The notes beneath the pieces were generated by a model. The model was not told where the DNA came from and made no database searches. It saw nothing but the letters and a program-made list of their open reading frames with translations. A DNA stretch of 64,000 bases from Microcoleus sp. (GTDB lineage: Bacteria > Cyanobacteriota > Cyanobacteriia > Cyanobacteriales > Microcoleaceae): contig CP181291.1 of assembly GCA_052279835.1 (NCBI GenBank), positions 6,048,001 through 6,112,000 of the forward strand, given 5' to 3'. This document shows, in pieces, positions 10,070 to 18,915 of this stretch (positions are counted from its first letter, which is position 1; the number at the start of each line of letters is the position of its first letter). Position numbers and translations under genes: made by a program.

Positions 10070-11038
10070 ATGAAATTTATAGATTTATTTTCGGGAATAG
10101 GAGGTTTCAGACAAGGTTTTGAAAAAGTTGGCTTTGAATGCGTTTTTTCCTGCGAAATCAACAGTAAATGTCGGCAAGTGTACGCAGAAAATTTTGGGGA
10201 AGTACCTTTTGCGGATATTAGTAACATCAATCCTACAGATTTAGCAGATTTTGATGTTTTAGTCGCCGGGTTTCCCTGTCAACCTTTTAGCATCTGTGGC
10301 AAAAAGCTAGGTTTTGAAGATACTAGAGGTACGCTATTTTTCGAGATTTGGAAAATTATAAAAGTAAAACAACCTCAAGTAGTTGTTCTGGAAAATGTCA
10401 AGCATTTAATCCATCACGACAAGGGAAATACCCTAAAAGTAATTATTGCCAGTCTAAGAGAGTTGGGGTACAGCGTAAATTATCAAATTCTGAATGCTAA
10501 AGACTTTGGCATTGCTCAGCATCGCGAAAGAATATTCATTATGGCGACTAAGGGTAAAGAATTCAATTTTTCTCGAATTAAAACCAAGTTTCCTCCAAAA
10601 CTAAAACTAAGGGAGTTTCTAGACGAGACGGGGGATTTTGAAATATTGGATAAATCGGAGTATACTTTAATTGAATATCCCAGAAAGCAAGATTCAGGAC
10701 TTTTATTTGTAGGTTACAGAAATAAAGGTACTTGGAAAACTGGCGTGAGGCCAAATACAGAACATCTATCGAGGGTTCACCGACAGCCTAATCGTATTTA
10801 TTCGGTAGATGGCGTGCATCCGACAATTCCTTCCCAAGAAACATCGGGCAGGTTTTTTATCTATTTTCCCGATCGAGATATGGTGAGAAAGTTAACGCTG
10901 AAGGAATGTTATCGTTTGATGGGTTTTCCTGAAGATTTTAAGAGTTATCCAAGTGCGGGGGAAAGTTACAAGCAAATTGGGAATTCGGTTTGCGTGCCGG
11001 TGGTGGAGGCGATCGCCAAAGAAATACTCGATGGTTGA
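10070..11038 (+). CDS. DNA (cytosine-5)-methyltransferase, no intact adjacent endonuclease
   Basis: Motifs I FSGIGG, IV GFPCQ, VI ENV, VIII QHRER, X QIGNSV. Confidence 0.95.
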   Translation: MKFIDLFSGIGGFRQGFEKVGFECVFSCEINSKCRQVYAENFGEVPFADISNINPTDLADFDVLVAGFPCQPFSICGKKLGFEDTRGTLFFEIWKIIKVKQPQVVVLENVKHLIHHDKGNTLKVIIASLRELGYSVNYQILNAKDFGIAQHRERIFIMATKGKEFNFSRIKTKFPPKLKLREFLDETGDFEILDKSEYTLIEYPRKQDSGLLFVGYRNKGTWKTGVRPNTEHLSRVHRQPNRIYSVDGVHPTIPSQETSGRFFIYFPDRDMVRKLTLKECYRLMGFPEDFKSYPSAGESYKQIGNSVCVPVVEAIAKEILDG

Positions 11039-11095
11039 AACCGCCGAGTATTATCAGGGGTTTTTAACCCGGATTTATTCTGAAAACTTGCTCAG

Positions 11096-11482
11096 CTATG
11101 TTTGCGAAGGTGTCCATACAATTCTCGATCGCTCTGCTAACAAATCAGCTAATCTTTCAGCCCTATCTCGATCATCTTTCACATAAGGTAAACCGAATAT
11201 CTGAGCATGGGAGTCAGAGTCAGGTATTGCGTCTAAACCTAATTCGCGAATTTGTCCTACTTGGAGACTAGCAACTCCGTAACAATTTTGGAATTTTGCC
11301 GCACATTGTTCTGGTGAACAAACACTGGCAATTGTTACCGATAAACCCCGTTCATTTGGGCGAAGTAAATAAGCGGAAAATGAAACTATAGCGCTGGTTT
11401 CATCAATCCATTGTCTCCGAAGTAAAGCTCTATAGACGATAGCACTGTCATCTAAAGAATCGAAGGGATAGTTTGTAGTCAT
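11096..11482 (-). CDS. Hypothetical protein, putative ADP-ribosyltransferase-fold toxin
   Basis: 128-aa ORF with VYRA (R18), GLSV (S48) and HAQI (H92). The fold assignment is inference. Confidence 0.6.
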   Translation of the reverse strand: MTTNYPFDSLDDSAIVYRALLRRQWIDETSAIVSFSAYLLRPNERGLSVTIASVCSPEQCAAKFQNCYGVASLQVGQIRELGLDAIPDSDSHAQIFGLPYVKDDRDRAERLADLLAERSRIVWTPSQT

Positions 11483-11609
11483 AATTATTTAGTGATAACG
11501 ATGTCATTCGCAAAAAAATATGATAAATTTTATTCACGAATAATCAATATTCTAGCACTTCATTACATCTTTAGGACTACATCTGATTCACTTCGAGAAG
11601 ATTTATAGG

Positions 11610-12020
11610 TCATACCTTGTTAAACCACTCTAGCCAATGAACTAACGTTGACGCGGAAATGAGATCTTCGGATTTGTATTCCTGATTCTTTTGATGATAA
11701 ATGTAAGCTTTTTCCTCTGCATTAGATGGGCAAAACAAGCGTACTCTCCGATCGGCATTTATATTTTCCCAAGCAAGTCTAATACTACCTTGGTCATCAG
11801 TACCAGTAGAGCATTTAGGAAAACTGTTGCCCATGCTATCATAGGCCTCAACCACCAATTTCATCGCTGTCCTGAAAGCATACTCAGTCGGTCTCAAAAT
11901 CCCGTATTCATCCTCTTCTTCTAAGTCTAAAAGTTCGATCAGACGTTCAACGGTGATGCGGAAATTTGATAAACCACTATTGCTGATGCTATCAGTAATC
12001 TGTTCCTTCGCTATAGTCAT
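11610..12020 (-). CDS. Hypothetical protein, putative antitoxin/partner of the downstream gene
   Basis: 136-aa ORF with acidic LEEEDEYG patch, AAGGA RBS and TGnTAGAAT at 12055-12063. Confidence 0.65.
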   Translation of the reverse strand: MTIAKEQITDSISNSGLSNFRITVERLIELLDLEEEDEYGILRPTEYAFRTAMKLVVEAYDSMGNSFPKCSTGTDDQGSIRLAWENINADRRVRLFCPSNAEEKAYIYHQKNQEYKSEDLISASTLVHWLEWFNKV

Positions 12021-12195
12021 AAGATTAAATTCCTTTTAGCCGATCGCCAATTTGATTCTAACACAGTCTCCGACAGCCGGAATGACCGGGAATATCGCCC
12101 ATCCCAAATCTCGCATTGATTGACTTAGTACCAAATTCCTGTAAAATATTGATATCAAAAATTTTACTATAAATAAAAATTAGAGAGGTAGCACT

Positions 12196-14841
12196 TTGAA
12201 CTTCTCCAGTAAAAATGTATCGGTAAGTACGAACCCACTGTCACTGACGGTGACAGACTTCGATCGAGATGGGAAAGCCGACTTAGTTGTACCAAATTTA
12301 GGCAGCAATAGCATCTCTTTGTTCGCTAATGCTGGCTCTGGAAACTTTGATTTCAAATTGGACAAAAATGTGGGAAGCGCACCCACTAGAGTTTTAGCAG
12401 CCGATTTTATTAATGGAGATAATAGACCCGAACTCTTGGTAGCAAATAGCGGAGATAGTAGCATATCATTGCTATTAAATAGCAAGTTAGGATTCATTAA
12501 TTTTCCAACCTTTAGCTTTGGTAATCTGCCTTTTCCTGACGCGGCGATTGCGGCGGATTTTGATGGGGATAGTAAACTAGATTTTGCTGTCGTCAATGGG
12601 AAGCAGAATGTGGCAGTTTTGATGCTAAACCGTGGTTTCAGCTTTATTTTGCAGCCAGCCATTCCTGTTGGTACTAATCCTGTGGCGATGACGGCGATTG
12701 ATTTTAATGTTGATGGTAAAATCGATTTGGCGATCGCCAACGAAGATAGCAATAATGTGACTTTGTTGCTGAATGCTGGTGGTGGTAACTTGACAAAAAT
12801 GCCAGCAGATATAGTTGTTGGTAATTCTCCAATTTCGATCGCCACGGGTGACTTTAATAACGATGGTTTTCCCGATCTGGCGATCGCCAATACAGCCAGC
12901 AACAGCATTTCAGTTTTGTTGAATTCTCAGGGTAGCAGTTTCACCAAACAGCCAGATATTACTGTTGGTAATTCTCCAAGTTCGATCGCCAGTGGTGACT
13001 TTAATAACGATGGTTTGGCTGATTTGGCGATCGCCAACCAAGGTAGCAATAACATCTCAGTGCTGCTAAACTCTGATGCTGGTAAGTTTACCAAACAGCC
13101 AGAAATTCCAGTAGGATCTCGTCCCTCCTCACTTGCGACTGCTGACTTCAATGGTGATGGTAAACTCGATCTGGTTGTGGCGAATGAATTGAGCAAAAGC
13201 TTCACAGTGCTCATCAATGAGGGTACTCCAACTCCGACAACGCCAACTCCGACAACGCCAACTCCAACAACGCCAACTCCGACAACGCCAACTCCAACAA
13301 CGCCAACTCCGACAACGCCAACTCCGACAACGCCAACTCCGACAACTCCGACTCCGGTAACAACTCCGACTCCGGCGACAACGCCAACTCCGGCGACAAC
13401 TCCGACTCCGGCGACAACTCCGACTCCGGCGACAACGCCAACTCCGGCGACAACTCCGACTCCGGCGACAACGCCAACTCCGGCGACAACTCCGACTCCG
13501 GCGACAACTCCGACTCCGGCGACAACTCCGACTCCGGCGACAACTCCGACTCCGGTAACAACTCCGACTCCGGCGACAACTCCGACTCCGGCGACAACGC
13601 CAACTCCGGCGACAACTCCGACTCCGGTAACAACTCCGACTCCGGTAACAACTCCGACTGCGGTAACAACTCCGACTCCGGCGACAACTCCGACTCCGGT
13701 AACAACGCCAACTCCGGCGACAACTCCGGTATCAATTCCTACACTACCTCTTACCCTCTCAACCACGCCCACTGAAATTACTCAGCCATTAAATTTCGTC
13801 GATCTCAGTCAGATCGAGAAGATAATTACCACATCCACGCCAACACCAGCACTAGCACCAACACCCACACCAACACCCGTACCAACGCCAACACCTGTAA
13901 CGACTCCGATTCGTGCGATCGCACCAACACCCACACCAACACCCGTACCAACGCCAACACCTGTAACGACTCCGATTCGTGCGATCGCACCAACACCCAC
14001 ACCAACACCCACACCAACACCAACACCTGTAACGACTCCGATTCGTGCGATCGCACCTACACCCACACCAACATCCGTATCAACGCCAACACCTGTAACG
14101 ACTCCCATACCAGCACCCATAGTTTCCATCCAAACCTCTCTCCCCAATACCACCGATAGTGGTGAAGCAACAGGAATCCCTGAAAATGTACGGGGAGAAG
14201 GGTTTTGCCTCCTAACAGACGGATCTGATACTGTGATTCCAGAAGTAGCAGCTAAGACAGGAATTAGTGCTTTATCGGGTAATGACTTACTCACAGCTAC
14301 AGAAAATGACGATTTGATCAATGGTAATCAAGGAGCAGATACCCTAGCCGGAGTTGGGGGCAATGATATTTTGCTGGGCGGGAAAGGTTCTGATTTTCTA
14401 GATGGCGGTTTTGGCAAAGATTTTCTCAGTGGTAACAATGATAATGACACCTTAATAGGAGGAGATGGTAATGATGTTTTGCAGGGTGGCAAGGGAGATG
14501 ATATTCTCAATGGCGGTGCTGATGATGACGTATTAATTGGGGATTTTGGTCAAGATATACTCATTGGTGGTAGTGGCAATGATGCGTTTATGTTTGCGGA
14601 AAATCAGGCGATCGCATCCATCGAGCTGGCTGATGTAATTATAGATTTTTCTCAGGGTGATGCTATTGGTTTGAGTGGAGGCATTGCCTATGCTCAATTA
14701 TCTTTTGAGCCTGTGTTATTACAGATAGATGGTGGGATGCCAAAGGCTTCTGTGGCGATTAAGGTTAATTCTGATTATTTGGCGATCGTCTTTGACATTG
14801 ATGCTAGCTATCTAACTGCTGATGTTTTCTTCACTACCTAG
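12196..14841 (+). CDS. FG-GAP (integrin-like) repeat, Pro/Thr linker, RTX Ca-binding secreted protein
   Basis: Repeated DFNxDGxxDLxxAN motifs, PT-rich linker and GGxGxDxL nonapeptides. GAGAGG RBS precedes the TTG start. Confidence 0.9.
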   Translation: MNFSSKNVSVSTNPLSLTVTDFDRDGKADLVVPNLGSNSISLFANAGSGNFDFKLDKNVGSAPTRVLAADFINGDNRPELLVANSGDSSISLLLNSKLGFINFPTFSFGNLPFPDAAIAADFDGDSKLDFAVVNGKQNVAVLMLNRGFSFILQPAIPVGTNPVAMTAIDFNVDGKIDLAIANEDSNNVTLLLNAGGGNLTKMPADIVVGNSPISIATGDFNNDGFPDLAIANTASNSISVLLNSQGSSFTKQPDITVGNSPSSIASGDFNNDGLADLAIANQGSNNISVLLNSDAGKFTKQPEIPVGSRPSSLATADFNGDGKLDLVVANELSKSFTVLINEGTPTPTTPTPTTPTPTTPTPTTPTPTTPTPTTPTPTTPTPTTPTPVTTPTPATTPTPATTPTPATTPTPATTPTPATTPTPATTPTPATTPTPATTPTPATTPTPATTPTPVTTPTPATTPTPATTPTPATTPTPVTTPTPVTTPTAVTTPTPATTPTPVTTPTPATTPVSIPTLPLTLSTTPTEITQPLNFVDLSQIEKIITTSTPTPALAPTPTPTPVPTPTPVTTPIRAIAPTPTPTPVPTPTPVTTPIRAIAPTPTPTPTPTPTPVTTPIRAIAPTPTPTSVSTPTPVTTPIPAPIVSIQTSLPNTTDSGEATGIPENVRGEGFCLLTDGSDTVIPEVAAKTGISALSGNDLLTATENDDLINGNQGADTLAGVGGNDILLGGKGSDFLDGGFGKDFLSGNNDNDTLIGGDGNDVLQGGKGDDILNGGADDDVLIGDFGQDILIGGSGNDAFMFAENQAIASIELADVIIDFSQGDAIGLSGGIAYAQLSFEPVLLQIDGGMPKASVAIKVNSDYLAIVFDIDASYLTADVFFTT
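13231..13728 (+). repeat. Coding VNTR: 8 x 15 bp (TPTTP) then 21 x 18 bp (TP[A/V]TTP)
   Basis: Counted directly: 13231-13350 and 13351-13728. Confidence 0.92.
13855..14106 (+). repeat. Coding tandem repeat, about 3.8 x 66 bp (APTPTPTPVPTPTPVTTPIRAI)
   Basis: Units at 13855, 13921, 13987 and 14053 (partial). HIP1 spans each junction. Confidence 0.88.
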
Positions 14842-15037
14842 TAGATGATAGATAACTAAACTTGTACTCGGTGATTGAAGCCTTGTTCTGTGCTACTGTG
14901 GTTTCATATCAAATCTGTAATATCAAATCCGTTGACATAGGAATTATTATTTCTCTCTTCTCTTCCTTCGCGTCCTTTGCGCCTTCGTGGTTAAATCATT
15001 CCATAACTCCTCGGCCTTAAAAAAGAAAGATTATCTA

Positions 15038-15150
15038 TTGACTTTGGTTGATTTTTTGTGGTATATTTTAGATAATGGGAGTGGTGGCAAAAATAAAATT
15101 TTTGCCACCACTCCCATTATTAGATTGTACTTTATTAATTCCTCGAAGTC
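15038..15150. promoter_or_regulatory. Perfect hairpin (23-bp arms) between two convergent sigma70-like promoters
   Basis: Plus strand TTGACT-18-TATATT (15038-15067), hairpin 15072-15120, minus strand TTGACT-17-TACAAT (about 15152-15124). Confidence 0.6.
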
Positions 15151-15251
15151 AAGTGTTTAACCCTAAAAAAAAAGGCGATTTTTTTATATATCACAAAAAT
15201 AAAATTTAATTACTGAATTCGTTACTAGGAATAATGTGGAAGAAAGGACTA

Positions 15252-15370
15252 ATACCAAATGCGGCTTAAATACCCCCTTGATTTCTGAGTCTGTGGAGGG
15301 AGACTTGCTTTCACAAGTAGCGGTTTCAACCGCATAATCATCAAGGGGGTGAAAAACTCGGATTCAGTAT
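15252..15370. mobile_element. MITE-like element with imperfect terminal inverted repeats
   Basis: Left ATACCAAATGCG...CCCCCTTGAT, right ATCAAGGGGG...CGGATTCAGTAT. Confidence 0.55.
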
Positions 15371-15393
15371 AAAGTCCTGACTAGAAACATTAA

Positions 15394-17202
15394 TTATGCT
15401 GGAACTTGGATTTTTTCGGTGCCGGCAAGTTCAAAGGCTGTGTGAATTGCGCGCAAAGCTGTTACGCCTTGTTCTTCATCCACCACGCAGCTAATTTTAA
15501 TCTCGGAAGTCGCAATCATTTGAATGTTGATTTGGTGCCGGGAAAGGGCTTCAAACATTTTTGCTGCTACTCCTGGATGGGCGATCATCCCGGAACCGAC
15601 TACGCTAACTTTCGCAATTTGTGTATCGACGGAAACTTCGCCCCATCCCAATTCTGGGGCGGCTTTTTCGAGGACTATTTTAGCAACTTCGGCATCGATT
15701 TGTGCTACGGTAAATGCAATGTCGCGAGTCAATATGCCGTCGATATTGTGGCAGCGCTGGGACTGAATGATGGTGTCTACGCTGATGTTTTCCTCGGCTA
15801 ACAATCCAAACAGTTTTGCTGCGACTCCGGGGCGATCGGGCAAATGACGAATTGCTAGACGTGCTTGGTTGGAATCTAGGGCTACAGCCCTGACGGCGGC
15901 GGGTTTTGGAGATGGGGAATTGAGGGCGAGGGGAGAGTTGGAGACATCAAAAGTTTTGCAGAGTTCGGCAACTGCCCGATCGCAATCGACAGCATCGATC
16001 GTACAACTAACTTTGACCTCGGAAGTGGAAATCATTTGAATGTTAATTCCCGCATCCGCTAAAGTCTTAAACATTTCGGCTGCAACCCTGGGACGCCCGA
16101 TCATTCCGGCCCCTGCAATGCTAACTTTAGCTATGGGTCGCTCTTCGGCTTTGACTTCCGGTTCTCCCAATTCTGGGCGAGAATTTTTGCCGAGGGCGGG
16201 GATAATTGCATCTGCAACAGCGGTGGCTTGTTGTAGAGAATTTCGCGTGACGGTAAAGGCAATATCGTTGGTATTTCCTTCGTGAATTGATTGGATAATT
16301 AAGTCTACATCGAGATTTTGCTGGGCGATCGCACCAAATAACCGCGCTGCTACTCCGGGGCGATCGGGCAAACGCAGCAACGACACCCCCGCCTGATCCA
16401 GGTCAAATTCCACCGCATCCACGGCTTTGGCGAGCTCCAAGCCCTCTAAAGGCCGTGGTTGGGGGGGAGGCGACACTACCCGCGTACCGGGGGCATCACT
16501 CCAACTAGACAGCACTACCAAGGGCATTCCGTAATTCTTGGCAATTTCTACCGCCCGCGGGTGCAGCACTTTTGCACCCAAACTCGCCAATTCCAGCATT
16601 TCGTCGCAGGTGATCTCATCCATCAACTGGGCGTTGGCTACTAAGCGCGGATCTGTTGTCAAAATTCCGGGTACGTCAGTATAAATTTCGCACCTGTCGG
16701 CGCGCAATGCAGCCGCGATCGCCACTGCGGAAGTGTCGGAACCGCCTCGCCCCAGGGTCGTAATTTCTAGTTCTTCGGCATCGGCGATACCTTGGAAACC
16801 TGCCACTACAACAACTTTACCGCTGTTGAGCTGACTTTCAATGCGAGTCGGATCGATGCGCAAAATCCGGGCGCGGGTGTGGGCGGCTTCGGTGACGATG
16901 CCGACTTGGGCTCCTGTCAGGGAGATGGCGGGTTGTCCGAGTTCCTGTAATGCCATACTCAGAAGTGCGATCGACACTTGTTCGCCCGTGGAGAGCAACA
17001 TATCCATTTCCCGCTTGTTGGGCGTTGCGGAAATTTCCTTAGCCAGTTTTACCAAGCCGTCGGTGGTTTTACCCATGGCGGAAACGACGACAACTAGCGA
17101 ATTGCCTAGCTGTGCGGTTTTGACAACTCGTCTGGCTACTTCGAGAATCCGTGAGACTGTTCCTACCGAACTCCCGCCATATTTTTGAACTATTAGTGGC
17201 AT
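15394..17202 (-). CDS. lysC: Aspartate kinase (cyanobacterial form with duplicated ACT domains)
   Basis: VQKYGGSS, VVSAMG, TLGRGGSDTSA and a repeated ACT region. Confidence 0.96.
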   Translation of the reverse strand: MPLIVQKYGGSSVGTVSRILEVARRVVKTAQLGNSLVVVVSAMGKTTDGLVKLAKEISATPNKREMDMLLSTGEQVSIALLSMALQELGQPAISLTGAQVGIVTEAAHTRARILRIDPTRIESQLNSGKVVVVAGFQGIADAEELEITTLGRGGSDTSAVAIAAALRADRCEIYTDVPGILTTDPRLVANAQLMDEITCDEMLELASLGAKVLHPRAVEIAKNYGMPLVVLSSWSDAPGTRVVSPPPQPRPLEGLELAKAVDAVEFDLDQAGVSLLRLPDRPGVAARLFGAIAQQNLDVDLIIQSIHEGNTNDIAFTVTRNSLQQATAVADAIIPALGKNSRPELGEPEVKAEERPIAKVSIAGAGMIGRPRVAAEMFKTLADAGINIQMISTSEVKVSCTIDAVDCDRAVAELCKTFDVSNSPLALNSPSPKPAAVRAVALDSNQARLAIRHLPDRPGVAAKLFGLLAEENISVDTIIQSQRCHNIDGILTRDIAFTVAQIDAEVAKIVLEKAAPELGWGEVSVDTQIAKVSVVGSGMIAHPGVAAKMFEALSRHQINIQMIATSEIKISCVVDEEQGVTALRAIHTAFELAGTEKIQVPA

Positions 17203-17401
17203 ATACTCTACAGAAAATAATGCAATACTTAAGTTAATATACGCAAATTTTAGATGATAACCGATGAAGGTTTATATCGATTTTGAGGATGCTGTTAGCC
17301 CCAGGGGCTTTTTTCTTTGAGATTGGAGGCCGACCATCTGGTTCGGCGTTACCAGCCAGAGCCGAATCATGAAAAAATATAATTTAGATTGGAAAAGGAA
17401 G

Positions 17402-18058
17402 ATGAGTCAGTACAAGTTAATTATTTTTGATTTTGATGGTACTTTGGCAATTACTCACAATGCTATTATATCTTGCATCACTAAAACTTTTGAAAAATTC
17501 CTGCTAGTACCACCGACTGCCGATCTAATTCGATCCACGATCGGTATTAATTTAGCCAAGACTTTTCAAATCCTCCATCCTGCGATCGAAGCAACAGAAA
17601 TTCCCCTGTGGGTTGAAACTTATCGTTACTATTATCGCACCGAAGGTGAAAAACAACTGGCTTTATTTTCTGGGACTAAGGAAATATTGCAGCTAGCAAA
17701 AAAAGCGGAATTAATTCTGGGAGTTGTCAGTAACAAACACGTTAATTTTGTTAATTTGTTCTTGGAAAGATTGAATGTTAACACCTTTTTCGATTTGATT
17801 ATAGGAGATGATGGAGAAATGGTTCAAAAGCCAGACCCAACTGTATTTTACTCAATTATCAAACCACTTTTTCCCGAATTGAATAATAGTGAAGTTTTAA
17901 TGGTTGGTGATACAGCAGTGGATTTGCTGTTTGCTAAAAATGCTCAGATTGATGCTTGTTGGGCGGCTTATGGCTATGGCGATCGCCATGAATGTCTTTC
18001 CCTCGAACCAACTTTTATAATTAACAATATTGAAGAACTTTCTTCAATCATTATATAG
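17402..18058 (+). CDS. HAD-family hydrolase (phosphoglycolate phosphatase-like)
   Basis: FDFDGT, SNK, KPDP and MVGD motifs. Confidence 0.9.
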   Translation: MSQYKLIIFDFDGTLAITHNAIISCITKTFEKFLLVPPTADLIRSTIGINLAKTFQILHPAIEATEIPLWVETYRYYYRTEGEKQLALFSGTKEILQLAKKAELILGVVSNKHVNFVNLFLERLNVNTFFDLIIGDDGEMVQKPDPTVFYSIIKPLFPELNNSEVLMVGDTAVDLLFAKNAQIDACWAAYGYGDRHECLSLEPTFIINNIEELSSIII

Positions 18059-18179
18059 CTTTTTTAGTAAATGGTTATTGGTTATTTGTTATTTGTTATT
18101 TGTTATTTGTTATATCGAAATCACTCAAACTGGTCATGGCAATTACCCCTTGCCTCACCTAACTGAGACAGGCTCTATA
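18054..18179. mobile_element. MITE-like remnant containing STRR and ending in CACCTAACTGAGA(A/C)AGGCT
   Basis: The same end motif recurs at 32345-32366 and 58980-59001. Confidence 0.55.
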
Positions 18180-18191
18180 GCTTTTGCGTCC

Positions 18192-18887
18192 TCAGATTTC
18201 ATCTATGTCTATCTGCTTTTTTCCCACAAGTTCTTGATGACATATATGCCAAAAATACAGTGCTAAATTTATTAGAGCTAATAATTTAGTGCCATCTTCT
18301 AACATAGCATGGACTCCTTGACTTTTGCCTGCGAAGATATCTTCTAATCGGGAAATGGCAAATAACATAAATGCTGCTATTAATGGCAAGTAAGGAGTAG
18401 TTTTGATGAACTTCCAAAATCTCAGACTCCACGCCAAAATGCCACTGGCATAACACAAATAAATTAATTTCTTGGATACCCCTAAACCAGAAAGAATCAA
18501 AGTCATCCTAAATCTGTCATCTAGGAAAAATACTCCCAACAATAAAGCGCTAAAAAATAAGAAGCTTTGGGCGGGAGTGCGATGATTTTTTTGGCGCAGC
18601 ACTCCGAACGTAAATGCACAAATTGTTACGGGAATTGACCAAAATAATTCGGAGATTCCTGTTAAAATGCCTTCGTAAGGCAACCAGAAATTAAACGGAT
18701 CGCTAAACAGGCGTTCAACTCCATATCCCTTGTTGGTAATTTTGGCATATATACTGATTCCAACCAACATTAAGATAGTCAAAGTGTTAAATACAACCAA
18801 AAAAGGGACGGTGAAAAAATGTTTTTTAAGTAAGTTCACAAAACTAAATAAATGGATTTTTTTTTCAAATAAAGAGGGGGGCTTCAT
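18192..18887 (-). CDS. Hypothetical multi-pass membrane protein
   Basis: 231 aa with about six hydrophobic segments, LDDRF and EDGTK motifs. Confidence 0.75.
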   Translation of the reverse strand: MKPPSLFEKKIHLFSFVNLLKKHFFTVPFLVVFNTLTILMLVGISIYAKITNKGYGVERLFSDPFNFWLPYEGILTGISELFWSIPVTICAFTFGVLRQKNHRTPAQSFLFFSALLLGVFFLDDRFRMTLILSGLGVSKKLIYLCYASGILAWSLRFWKFIKTTPYLPLIAAFMLFAISRLEDIFAGKSQGVHAMLEDGTKLLALINLALYFWHICHQELVGKKQIDIDEI

Positions 18888-18915
18888 AGAAAATATCTCC
18901 TATTAATAGAGGGAT

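Noticed and set aside
13231..14106. CRISPR array
   Set aside because: The repeats are directly tandem without unique spacers and encode an in-frame Pro/Thr linker. No cas genes are present.
12180..14510. Minus-strand ORFs such as poly-(GVVAGV) and poly-(ESELSP)
   Set aside because: Antisense products of the repetitive FG-GAP/PT gene.
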